Source: an uncultured Planctomycetales bacterium (GTDB taxonomy: Bacteria > Omnitrophota > Gorgyraeia > Gygaellales > Profunditerraquicolaceae). Taken from it: 59,229 nt of DNA. Below are positions 35,767-43,552 of this stretch, in pieces. Each line of letters begins with the position of its first letter. The first letter of the stretch is position 1. The DNA lies in the NCBI GenBank assembly GCA_964488935.1, contig CAZAVF010000002.1:1-59229 (forward strand), written 5' to 3'. The notes under the pieces are model-generated. The model was not told the origin of the DNA. It worked only from the letters and a program-made list of their open reading frames with translations, and searched no databases. The translations under genes and the position numbers were made by a program.

Positions 35767-36759
35767 ATGCGAAGCGGACCGTTTTCGGGGGGGGAGATGG
35801 AGAAATCCGGCGCCGGGGAAAGAGCCGACTTCAGGATATTCCTGGGAATAGAGAAAGGCAACGGTTTCCTGCAGAAGATAGTCTCACATCTGGAGATATT
35901 CGAATGCCGGCAGGCTTCTTCCAGGGAGGAGGCGGATATTGTGCTGGAATTCAGCGATATCTCCTGCCTGGAAGAAAAAACATGCCGTCTCCCGGAAATG
36001 GACGGTAATATATCTATCTGGGGCCCCTGGCATTACAAGTATCCGGACAACAGCAAGATCGTCGCGAGCTGGGGATTAAAGAACCCTTCCCGGGCGGTGA
36101 TCGATATAGATAGAAGAAGCATACGGTTCTTTATTTCCCCGTATCACTGGGACAAGCCGGATCTGGTACCCATAAGGTTCATCAAAGGGGCGATATACCT
36201 GCTTTTATTGTACAGCGACGTTTATTCTTTCCACAGTTCATGCCTGGCCGACGACCGCGACAACGCCTATATGTTCATAGCCCCTTCCGGGCAGGGGAAA
36301 AGCACGGTGTTGAGGAATCTCCTTAAAGAAGGTTTCCGGTGGATCGCCGACGACCAGGTTTTCCTGAAGGCCGCCGGAAGCAGGATATGGGCCTTCTCCA
36401 TATTCAACCAGGTCGGGCGGAATAACGATATAAACCTGGTCAGGGAATTAGGCAGGGCAAATTGCGTGAGTTCAGGGGCTTTTCTGAAATCGGTGGTCGT
36501 GCTTTCCGTGGCGCCCGGGGAAAGGACCGTCATATCTTCCCTGTCCGGTGATGAGGTGCAGGATATCTTCCGGCGTTCCCGCAAGTTCTTTAACTCTACA
36601 TACCTGGAATCGGATCACGATTATCTCAAGGAGCTGTATGAACGGTGGAGCGGGGCGCTGAGGCGGTCCTGCGCGTTCTTCAGAATGGAGTGCGGAGAGG
36701 ACGTCAAGGACGATCCGGCGCTCCTGCATGAAATACTGTCAAACGCCGCCGTATTGTAA
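35767..36759 (+). CDS. HPr-kinase-C-terminal-domain-like P-loop protein (HprK-related kinase / ScmC-like)
   Basis: The P-loop in context, YMFIAPSGQGKSTVLRNLLKEGFRWIADDQVFL, resembles the HprK/P C-terminal kinase domain (G-x-S-G-x-G-K-S...aDD). The start is uncertain (35767 or 35797). Confidence 0.6.
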   Translation: MRSGPFSGGEMEKSGAGERADFRIFLGIEKGNGFLQKIVSHLEIFECRQASSREEADIVLEFSDISCLEEKTCRLPEMDGNISIWGPWHYKYPDNSKIVASWGLKNPSRAVIDIDRRSIRFFISPYHWDKPDLVPIRFIKGAIYLLLLYSDVYSFHSSCLADDRDNAYMFIAPSGQGKSTVLRNLLKEGFRWIADDQVFLKAAGSRIWAFSIFNQVGRNNDINLVRELGRANCVSSGAFLKSVVVLSVAPGERTVISSLSGDEVQDIFRRSRKFFNSTYLESDHDYLKELYERWSGALRRSCAFFRMECGEDVKDDPALLHEILSNAAVL

Positions 36760-36770
36760 GGGAGGACTAT

Positions 36771-37043
36771 ATGGAAAAAGAAGTTTACGGGATAGACAAG
36801 GAAAGGGTAGCCTGGAGGGACATCGAAGGGGAGATAACGATACTAGACAAAAAGGCCGGGGAATTCTTTCATTTGAACGCCGCGGCCTGCAGGATATGGC
36901 ATTTGATCCAGGACGGAGCTTCGGTAGATGAGATTATTTCCGATCTCGGGGGACATTTTGACGCCGGAGAAGAAACGCTGCGCGGGGACATAACCGCTTT
37001 TGTGGGCGAACTTTCCGGGAAAGGGTTCATTAAACGGCAATGA
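36771..37043 (+). CDS. PqqD-family peptide chaperone (RiPP recognition element)
   Basis: 90 aa. VAWRDIEGEITILDKKAGEFFHLNAAACRIWHLIQDGASVDEIISDL...DITAFVGELSGKGFI is the textbook PqqD pattern. Confidence 0.85.
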   Translation: MEKEVYGIDKERVAWRDIEGEITILDKKAGEFFHLNAAACRIWHLIQDGASVDEIISDLGGHFDAGEETLRGDITAFVGELSGKGFIKRQ

Positions 37044-38116
37044 GCGTCGACAGCGGCATAGTCCTGAATAAAGGGATATCCCTGCAGTGGCACATCACTG
37101 AGCGCTGCAACTGGGACTGCCGGCACTGCTACCGCGGCGATATAGCCTCGGAACTGCCGCTCGAGAAACTCTACGCCGTTTTTCTGCAGTTCATCCAGTT
37201 CCTCGATATTTTCGGGATCCCGCGCAGCATGGCCAGATTGAACCTCGTCGGAGGAGAGATATTCATGCGGGAGGACTTCCTCGATTTCCTGGACAGGATA
37301 AGCCCGTATAACGACAGGTACCGTCTTAAGATCCTGACCAACGGCTCTTTGCTGAATAAGGAGGTGGTGGCGAGGATAAAGGCGGCCGGCGTTCACACAC
37401 TTCAATTGAGCGTGGAAGGCATAGGTGAGACGAACGATAGAATAAGGGGGCAGGGCACATTTTCCGGCGTGTTGAAAACGATCGAATTCCTGACCGCCAG
37501 CGGGATGTCGGTGGTGGTCTCCGTTACGCTGGCGAAATACAACCTGCGCGAGATACCGGAGCTCATAGATACTTTTACGGGGATGGGGGTCATGAAACTG
37601 GGTATCCGGCGGCTGGTCCCCATAGGGAATCACCGGAAGGAACTTTTCTCAGGGATGCTCAGTCCCGGGGAGCAGAGGGATTTCTATATGATGCGTTATG
37701 ACCTGGCGAAAGCGGACGCGCGCGGCAAGCAGGCGGTCTATAATCATCTTTGCTGCGAGGACGGCATTTTCTTCCAGGAGGAAGGTCCGGCCGGGGAGTA
37801 TGACAGTCCGGCGATACCCTTATGCGGGGTGCTGAGCAACCGTATCCTGACCGTCATGCCCAACGGCGATGTCCTGCCTTGCCGGAGGCTGCCGATCGTC
37901 CTGGGCAACGTGTTGGAGAGCAGTCTGGTGGACATATGGTTCAGTTCGAAGGTCCTCAACGCTCTGAAGGACCCGCGGCGCGCGGCCCCGGAATGTAAAG
38001 AGTGTAAATATTTCGATTCGTGCAGGGGAGGGGCCAGGTGCGTGAGTTACGGGTATTTCGGTAAACTGGATGCCCCCGATCCCCAGTGCTGGAGATTATT
38101 TAAACGGCTGCCTTAA
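37040..38116 (+). CDS. Radical SAM/SPASM-domain peptide-maturase-like protein (PqqE-like)
   Basis: HITERCNWDCRHCYRG. C-terminal SPASM cluster LCGVLSNRILTVMPNGDVLPCRRL...CKECKYFDSCRGGARCVSY. ATGA overlap with the PqqD gene. Confidence 0.85.
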   Translation: MSVDSGIVLNKGISLQWHITERCNWDCRHCYRGDIASELPLEKLYAVFLQFIQFLDIFGIPRSMARLNLVGGEIFMREDFLDFLDRISPYNDRYRLKILTNGSLLNKEVVARIKAAGVHTLQLSVEGIGETNDRIRGQGTFSGVLKTIEFLTASGMSVVVSVTLAKYNLREIPELIDTFTGMGVMKLGIRRLVPIGNHRKELFSGMLSPGEQRDFYMMRYDLAKADARGKQAVYNHLCCEDGIFFQEEGPAGEYDSPAIPLCGVLSNRILTVMPNGDVLPCRRLPIVLGNVLESSLVDIWFSSKVLNALKDPRRAAPECKECKYFDSCRGGARCVSYGYFGKLDAPDPQCWRLFKRLP

Positions 38117-38132
38117 GTATCAGAGGAGGATT

Positions 38133-39110
38133 ATGAGAAAGAATAGAGCGGTTTTGGCCTGCGGGATAATTCTGGCGCTGGCGGTCAACGCCCGGTACGC
38201 GTACGCGGAGACCGTCCTTCTAAAGTCGGGAAAGAAGGTAGAAGGCAAGATCGTGGAAAGGAACGAGGTCTATATAAAGGTCATGATCGGGGAAGGGATA
38301 ACCGCCCCTTATTTCCTGAGCGAGATAGCCGGGATCGACGGTGTCCCTCCCGTCTCGCGCGCGTCCGGAGAGGGGGTGGAGGAGAAAGAGGTAAAGAAAG
38401 AAGGGAAGGGCGGCCCGGAAGAATTGAACGCAGGCGAGATCGTCTCCAGGATGCTGGATGTTTACGGCGGAGCCGCAAAATGGGAACAAATAGAAGGGTG
38501 GACCTGCGTAACCAGGGTGGCGTTCCCGGGGACGGGAGAAACATGGGAAACGACAAGCTACGTCAGACTGCCGGAACAATTCCGTTTTGACCTGAAAGTG
38601 AGCGGCGGCAAAGGCGCAGGGGAATTCAGCCTGGTCTCTTATAAAGGGGCCGTGAAATATTTTTCCGGCGGAAGGCAGACGAAAGACATCCCGGAGGCAT
38701 ATAAGAGGCAGCTCTATAAGACCCTTCAAAAGGCGAGGAGGACCAGGGCCCCCGCCCAGACCCTGTATTTCTACGAGATCAGGAACCAGATGGTATTTGC
38801 CGGTAAACAGGATGTCAACGGCAGGGAATGTTATATACTGAAATATGAAGACGACGAGGGACCCAAAGGAAGGCTTTTTGTGGATGCGAAGGATTTTCGC
38901 AGTCTTAAGCTGGAATTGGACGAGGATTCCGGCAGACAGGGACAGGAGTGTTTCCTGGGGGAAAAGCTGATAGGGGACCGGGGAATAAGTTTTCCCGCTT
39001 CCAAGTCGGTATATAGCGGCAAGACGCTGGTAATGAGTTCCGAGACGGTGTCCCTGTCTTTTTCCCCTCCGGGGGAGACCTCCTTTGTGACCGGTAAAGA
39101 GAACCGATGA
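38133..39110 (+). CDS. Secreted hypothetical protein, paralog A (LolA/RseB-like fold suspected)
   Basis: GAGGAGGA RBS. Signal peptide MRKNRAVLACGIILALAVNARYAYA. Shares MLDVYGGAAKWEQIEGW...GRECYILKYED blocks with the next two genes. Confidence 0.65.
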   Translation: MRKNRAVLACGIILALAVNARYAYAETVLLKSGKKVEGKIVERNEVYIKVMIGEGITAPYFLSEIAGIDGVPPVSRASGEGVEEKEVKKEGKGGPEELNAGEIVSRMLDVYGGAAKWEQIEGWTCVTRVAFPGTGETWETTSYVRLPEQFRFDLKVSGGKGAGEFSLVSYKGAVKYFSGGRQTKDIPEAYKRQLYKTLQKARRTRAPAQTLYFYEIRNQMVFAGKQDVNGRECYILKYEDDEGPKGRLFVDAKDFRSLKLELDEDSGRQGQECFLGEKLIGDRGISFPASKSVYSGKTLVMSSETVSLSFSPPGETSFVTGKENR

Positions 39111-39919
39111 TCAGGAGCACCCAGGTTCTTTTCTCTTTAGTTCTTTCTGCCGGATTGACGCTTAACGTGTTCTCTTTCTGCCGGGCCGGCGACGTCCGGG
39201 CGGGACATGCCGTAAAAAGAGGGAACGGCGCCTCCGGGAAGACGTCCCCGGATGTCCCGGAGATTATTGCGAGAATGATGAACGCCTATGGCGGCGTAGA
39301 GCAGTGGCGGAACATAAACGGCTGGAGCATATTTTATACCGGGCTGTATAACTGCAAGCGGCCTTATGATCTCAGGATCTATGCTTCCCTGCCGGATAAA
39401 TTCAGGCTGGATTTCAAGTACACGGAAGGGAAACCGGACCTGTTCCAGATATTTTGTTCCGGAGACCGGGTGGAATATCTTAAGAACGGCGTCCGACTGG
39501 GGGACGCGGGGGAAAGCGCGGAACTGCAGGATATGGAACACATCCTTGCGGCGGCGAGAAGGCGGCAGGCCCCCGGGAGCCCGGTGGATTTCTACGACGA
39601 CCGCGGGCAGTATTATTTCGCCGGGGAAAGGACGCTCGGGGGCAGGAAGCATTACGTCCTGGAGAAAAAGGAACCGGTGCAGCGCGAAAAAAGAAGGGTC
39701 TTTGTCGACGAAGAGACATTTTTCGTGACCAAACGGGAGTTCGACAAAATAAGAGGCAAGTTCGTGGAGCTGTATATAAAAGGGGAACCTTTCAGGATCG
39801 GCGGGCTCGTTTATCCTTCGCAGCGCTGGGCTTACCATGACGGCAGGCTCGTCGACAAGCTGAAGGTGACTTTTTTATCCCTGGACTCTCCGGACGATAA
39901 AGTGTTCGACCTCCCCTGA
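39107..39919 (+). CDS. Secreted hypothetical protein, paralog B
   Basis: Signal-like N-terminus. MMNAYGGVEQWRNINGW...GRKHYVLEKKE blocks. ATGA overlap with paralog A. Confidence 0.65.
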   Translation: MIRSTQVLFSLVLSAGLTLNVFSFCRAGDVRAGHAVKRGNGASGKTSPDVPEIIARMMNAYGGVEQWRNINGWSIFYTGLYNCKRPYDLRIYASLPDKFRLDFKYTEGKPDLFQIFCSGDRVEYLKNGVRLGDAGESAELQDMEHILAAARRRQAPGSPVDFYDDRGQYYFAGERTLGGRKHYVLEKKEPVQREKRRVFVDEETFFVTKREFDKIRGKFVELYIKGEPFRIGGLVYPSQRWAYHDGRLVDKLKVTFLSLDSPDDKVFDLP

Positions 39920-39934
39920 GGCGAAGGAGGCATC

Positions 39935-40756
39935 TTGAAAAAGACACGGTTGGCGGCTGTCGTTGTTATGTTGTTCATCGCGGCTGCGGGCGCATATGTT
40001 TGTTCCCGTTCCCGCATCTCTCCCGGGCCCGCGCCGGACGCGGACGGATTGACCCCAAAGCAGATAACCGCCAGGATGATGGCGGCGGTGGGCGGAGAGG
40101 CGAATTGGCGGAAGGCGGAACGCAGCGGTTACAGTATGGCGTTCTCCATGGTGGATTACGCGGCGGGAGTGGACAGAAGGGTATGCGCCTCGATGCTGCC
40201 CGGCGGCAGGATGAGAATAGAATTCGAGACCTTCCGGGGGCCGCGGAAATTGACGCATTTGCTGCTTATCGAGACCCCGGGCAAACAGGCGGTCTTCGAG
40301 AACGGGAAACGGGTGTATCCGCCGTGGAACGGGCCGGAATATCAGTATCTACTGGAAAGCAGGCTGCAGGAAGAGCTGCCGAACCTGCCCACTTTCTTTC
40401 TCAAAATACACGAAGACGCGGATAGCGCCAGGTTAGTCGGCAAGAAGAATGTCCTCGGGAGCCCGTGCTATATCCTCTCGTGGAAGGGGCTTTTCAAGGA
40501 GAAACGCGCGGCCATCGACGCCGAGACTTTCTATCTGCGGGAAATAGAGATACTGAAACCGCACAAACGCATAGAGAAATATTATCAGAGGGACCGGAGA
40601 TTCGGCGACGTCTTCTTCCGCAGGGTCAAGGAGGTGTGGATCAACGGAAAGCCGAGGACCATATTACTGTTCTCGTATCTGTCGTTCGATCCCCCCGACG
40701 AAAGCCTGTTCCGTGCCGAAGATGACCGGCCGGAGCGCGCCGTCGGCGGCGAATAG
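39935..40756 (+). CDS. Secreted hypothetical protein, paralog C
   Basis: TTG start with GAAGGAGG RBS. Signal-like MKKTRLAAVVVMLFIAAAGAYVC. MMAAVGGEANWRKAE...GSPCYILSWKG blocks. Confidence 0.6.
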   Translation: MKKTRLAAVVVMLFIAAAGAYVCSRSRISPGPAPDADGLTPKQITARMMAAVGGEANWRKAERSGYSMAFSMVDYAAGVDRRVCASMLPGGRMRIEFETFRGPRKLTHLLLIETPGKQAVFENGKRVYPPWNGPEYQYLLESRLQEELPNLPTFFLKIHEDADSARLVGKKNVLGSPCYILSWKGLFKEKRAAIDAETFYLREIEILKPHKRIEKYYQRDRRFGDVFFRRVKEVWINGKPRTILLFSYLSFDPPDESLFRAEDDRPERAVGGE

Positions 40757-40842
40757 CGGCATCCGGCTCCTCCGCGTCATCGGCTCTGTACTTCTTAACC
40801 AGTGAAACATGTCCCCAGGTCCAACCGGAGCCCCGGAACCCG

Positions 40843-42378
40843 TCAAAACCCCCAGATTTTCCTGCCGATAGTTTTATTTATCGTCTCCCTGTCTTTTTCC
40901 TCGAATCCTTTATTGAAGAAGGACACGGCCAGATAAAGTGACACCGCGCACAAGAATGCGCCTGCCAGCGAGAACGCGTCTTTTATGAGCGGGCGCAGCA
41001 GGAATAACGGGACGGCGGACAGCAATATGTTGACGGTGAAGACGGCGAAAGACCTCCAGGGATATGCCAGGGGGATGATCCTGCCGGTGGCGGAACGGAA
41101 ATAGAGGATTATCGCGATCCCGGTGATCCCGGTGGCGAAGACCGCCCCCGGCACCCCGTAAAGCGGTATCAAGATAAGGTCCAGTGCCAGATTGAGCAGG
41201 GAGATCAGCCCGGTGATGAATATTATCCGCGTCCTTTCCAGCGTGAATAAAAGCGGTGTGTATACGAACCCGAACTGGTGCACGGCTATGAATGCCAGGG
41301 AAAGCCTGAACAGGTTGGCCGAACCGGCGTATTCCGGGTTCAGCAGGAAGAGGATTATCTTGTCCGCCAGCACCATGGCGAAGACGAACAGCGGGATCAT
41401 CAGGAAGTAAGTGATCCGGTTAAGGAACGAGAAGAGGTAGAAGAAATTACCGGTATCCTTTTCTTTCGTATAATTCCTGATGGAGACCGTTTTCAGGACG
41501 GGATGGAGCTTGTTCGCCGGTGAGAGCTGCATCAGCAGCAGGGGGATGCCGAAACAGACGGAGTATACGCCGACCTCCCGCTGTCCGAGAAAATAAGAGA
41601 TCAGGAAGATATCCAGGCCTTTTCTGCGGAAGAACTGCGTCAGTTTGTGGAAATAAAGGAACTTGGCGAAGTCGAAGAACCTTCTCAGCGGCAGCTTCAC
41701 TATATCCTCTTTCTTTACCGGCAGGAAGAAGATGTCCCTGCAGGCTTTGCCCATCAAGAGCGTGAAAAGCAGCGCCTCCGATATCAGCCAGCCCAGCAGT
41801 ATCCCGTTGATGCCGCGATGCAGCCGGAAAGCCAGGTAGAAGGAAACCAGCTTCACGAAGCTATAGGTTATGCTGCACAGGCTCCAGTAGAGGTTCTTGA
41901 AGAGGGAGACCATTGCGATGTCCCCCAGGAGATAGGATTCCGTGCTCAGCAGGGTTATGGCGGCGAGGACGGAGAACAGTTTGGCGGAATGCAGCGGGAG
42001 GTTGAAAACAGCCGCTATCTTCGTCCTGGCGAGAAATACGGCGGAGAGAACGGCCAAAAGCGAAAGCAGGCACAGCAGCATGGCGAAAGCCAGCACGCGT
42101 TTCTTCAGGTAGTTGTTCCCGGTCTCTTCGTATTCCGGAAGATATCTTTGTATTATCGAGTCGGTCCCGGCGAAGGCGACCGTCTGTATGAAGAATACTG
42201 CGGCGAGGAGGAAATTATAAAAGCCGAATTCTCCCACCGCGAGCTTCTTGAGCACGTAGATAAGGGAGAGAAAATTAAAAAGAGAGGCGGCCGCGGCGGT
42301 GAAATACTGGAAGAGAGAGGCGTGGAATCCGGCGCTCAGCAGCTTCAGCGAGAAAGAGGGACCGCCGGTCTTATCCAT
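40843..42378 (-). CDS. Polysaccharide/oligosaccharide flippase (MOP superfamily, Wzx-like)
   Basis: 511 aa, about 12-14 hydrophobic helices, with the typical basic loops of polysaccharide biosynthesis (Wzx) proteins. Confidence 0.7.
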   Translation of the reverse strand: MDKTGGPSFSLKLLSAGFHASLFQYFTAAAASLFNFLSLIYVLKKLAVGEFGFYNFLLAAVFFIQTVAFAGTDSIIQRYLPEYEETGNNYLKKRVLAFAMLLCLLSLLAVLSAVFLARTKIAAVFNLPLHSAKLFSVLAAITLLSTESYLLGDIAMVSLFKNLYWSLCSITYSFVKLVSFYLAFRLHRGINGILLGWLISEALLFTLLMGKACRDIFFLPVKKEDIVKLPLRRFFDFAKFLYFHKLTQFFRRKGLDIFLISYFLGQREVGVYSVCFGIPLLLMQLSPANKLHPVLKTVSIRNYTKEKDTGNFFYLFSFLNRITYFLMIPLFVFAMVLADKIILFLLNPEYAGSANLFRLSLAFIAVHQFGFVYTPLLFTLERTRIIFITGLISLLNLALDLILIPLYGVPGAVFATGITGIAIILYFRSATGRIIPLAYPWRSFAVFTVNILLSAVPLFLLRPLIKDAFSLAGAFLCAVSLYLAVSFFNKGFEEKDRETINKTIGRKIWGF

Positions 42379-43552
42379 GTTTGACCACGGTTGTATTCTC
42401 CGGCTCCCCTCCGCCGGAGAACAGCCTGCAGAGCATGAACAGGAAGCGTATCCTGTAGAGGGTTTCCGTTTTCTTCGCGTACAAGGGCAGCCCGTAGAAT
42501 TTGGCGAATTCCTCCCTGGTAACGCGGAGCACGTATTGCGCCGGCTCCAACAGGCAGTCGTAGAGAAGAAAATGGGACTGTAGATAAAGACGTTTCGGAC
42601 GGGAAAGCGCCCGCATATTCATGGCGTTCCTTTCCACGAACATCCTTATAAGCAGGCGTTTCCACGCCGGCACACGCAGCCGCTTCATTACCTGCCGCGG
42701 CGGACGGTAACCGGCGAAAAGTTCCGCCTGTATCAGCGCGAAGAAAAGTGTCGTCCGCATCCCGCCTTCCTCCGCTTCCCGGCAGACGTAGTCCCAATCG
42801 AAACTCCCGGCGTGCCGTTCGAGCAGGAGGGCGGCGTCGAGCGAGTTTTTAAGGCATAAGGGATCCCCGAACCTTCGCTGGTGCAGCGCCAGACTGAACA
42901 GAGTGTCCTCGGGAGAAAGCATATTTATCTGCGTCCCGCCGGTCCGGAACGCGCCGGTCCTTTTCCACATTTCCGGCAGTATGCGCTTGCGTCTTTTAAG
43001 GTCGACGGCAAAATGCAGCTCCAGCAGCCAGTTGCCGTCTTCCTTGAGAAAGGGGATATTGAGGTTCCGGTATCTCCAATAGTGATACGAGCCTTTCCCG
43101 AGATGTTTCCTGTAACCGTGTCTCTCCAGGAGACTTTCCGCTTTCTCCAGGTCCTCTTCCCGTACCAGGATATCCATGTCTTTCATCGGCCTGACGGGGT
43201 ATTGGCTGTAAATATCCGCCAGGAGGGCCAGACCTTTAAAAGGGAAGATATCGATATTCTCTCCCTTGAATATATTATGCAGTCTGATAAATTCCTCCTG
43301 GAACCGTATATTCCTGGCAAGGTTGAGGTCGTATTTCCTTTTCAGGTCGTCCAGTAACATTTTATCCGCCGTATCCTCGGAGCGCCTGAAGAGAAGATAG
43401 GCGAACGGCGTCAATTTATGATATTGCAGCATTTTTATAAGCGTCCAGCGGTCTATCCCGGCGTCGAGAGGGACCGGAACGGCCCCGGGATCGGCCCAGG
43501 CGGAGAGGATCTGTTTGAGAATAACCGCGGCCGGTTCCTTATCTTTTTTCAT
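42371..43552 (-). CDS. Nucleotidyltransferase-family protein (NTP_transf_5-like)
   Basis: ...ENIDIFPFKGLALLADIYSQYPVRPMKDMDILVREEDLEKAESLLERHGY....LLELHFAVD matches the 'uncharacterised nucleotidyltransferase' pattern (lKG..la...Y....R...DiDlLV......a...L...GY....lElH). Confidence 0.65.
   Translation of the reverse strand: MKKDKEPAAVILKQILSAWADPGAVPVPLDAGIDRWTLIKMLQYHKLTPFAYLLFRRSEDTADKMLLDDLKRKYDLNLARNIRFQEEFIRLHNIFKGENIDIFPFKGLALLADIYSQYPVRPMKDMDILVREEDLEKAESLLERHGYRKHLGKGSYHYWRYRNLNIPFLKEDGNWLLELHFAVDLKRRKRILPEMWKRTGAFRTGGTQINMLSPEDTLFSLALHQRRFGDPLCLKNSLDAALLLERHAGSFDWDYVCREAEEGGMRTTLFFALIQAELFAGYRPPRQVMKRLRVPAWKRLLIRMFVERNAMNMRALSRPKRLYLQSHFLLYDCLLEPAQYVLRVTREEFAKFYGLPLYAKKTETLYRIRFLFMLCRLFSGGGEPENTTVVKHG

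Noticed and set aside
35496-35861. A 121-aa minus-strand ORF covering the gap between the first rSAM/SPASM gene and the HprK-like gene.
   Set aside because: It is antisense to the ends of two well-supported genes and has no RBS or recognisable motifs. The + strand small ORF with an RBS and a Cys-rich C-terminus explains the gap better.
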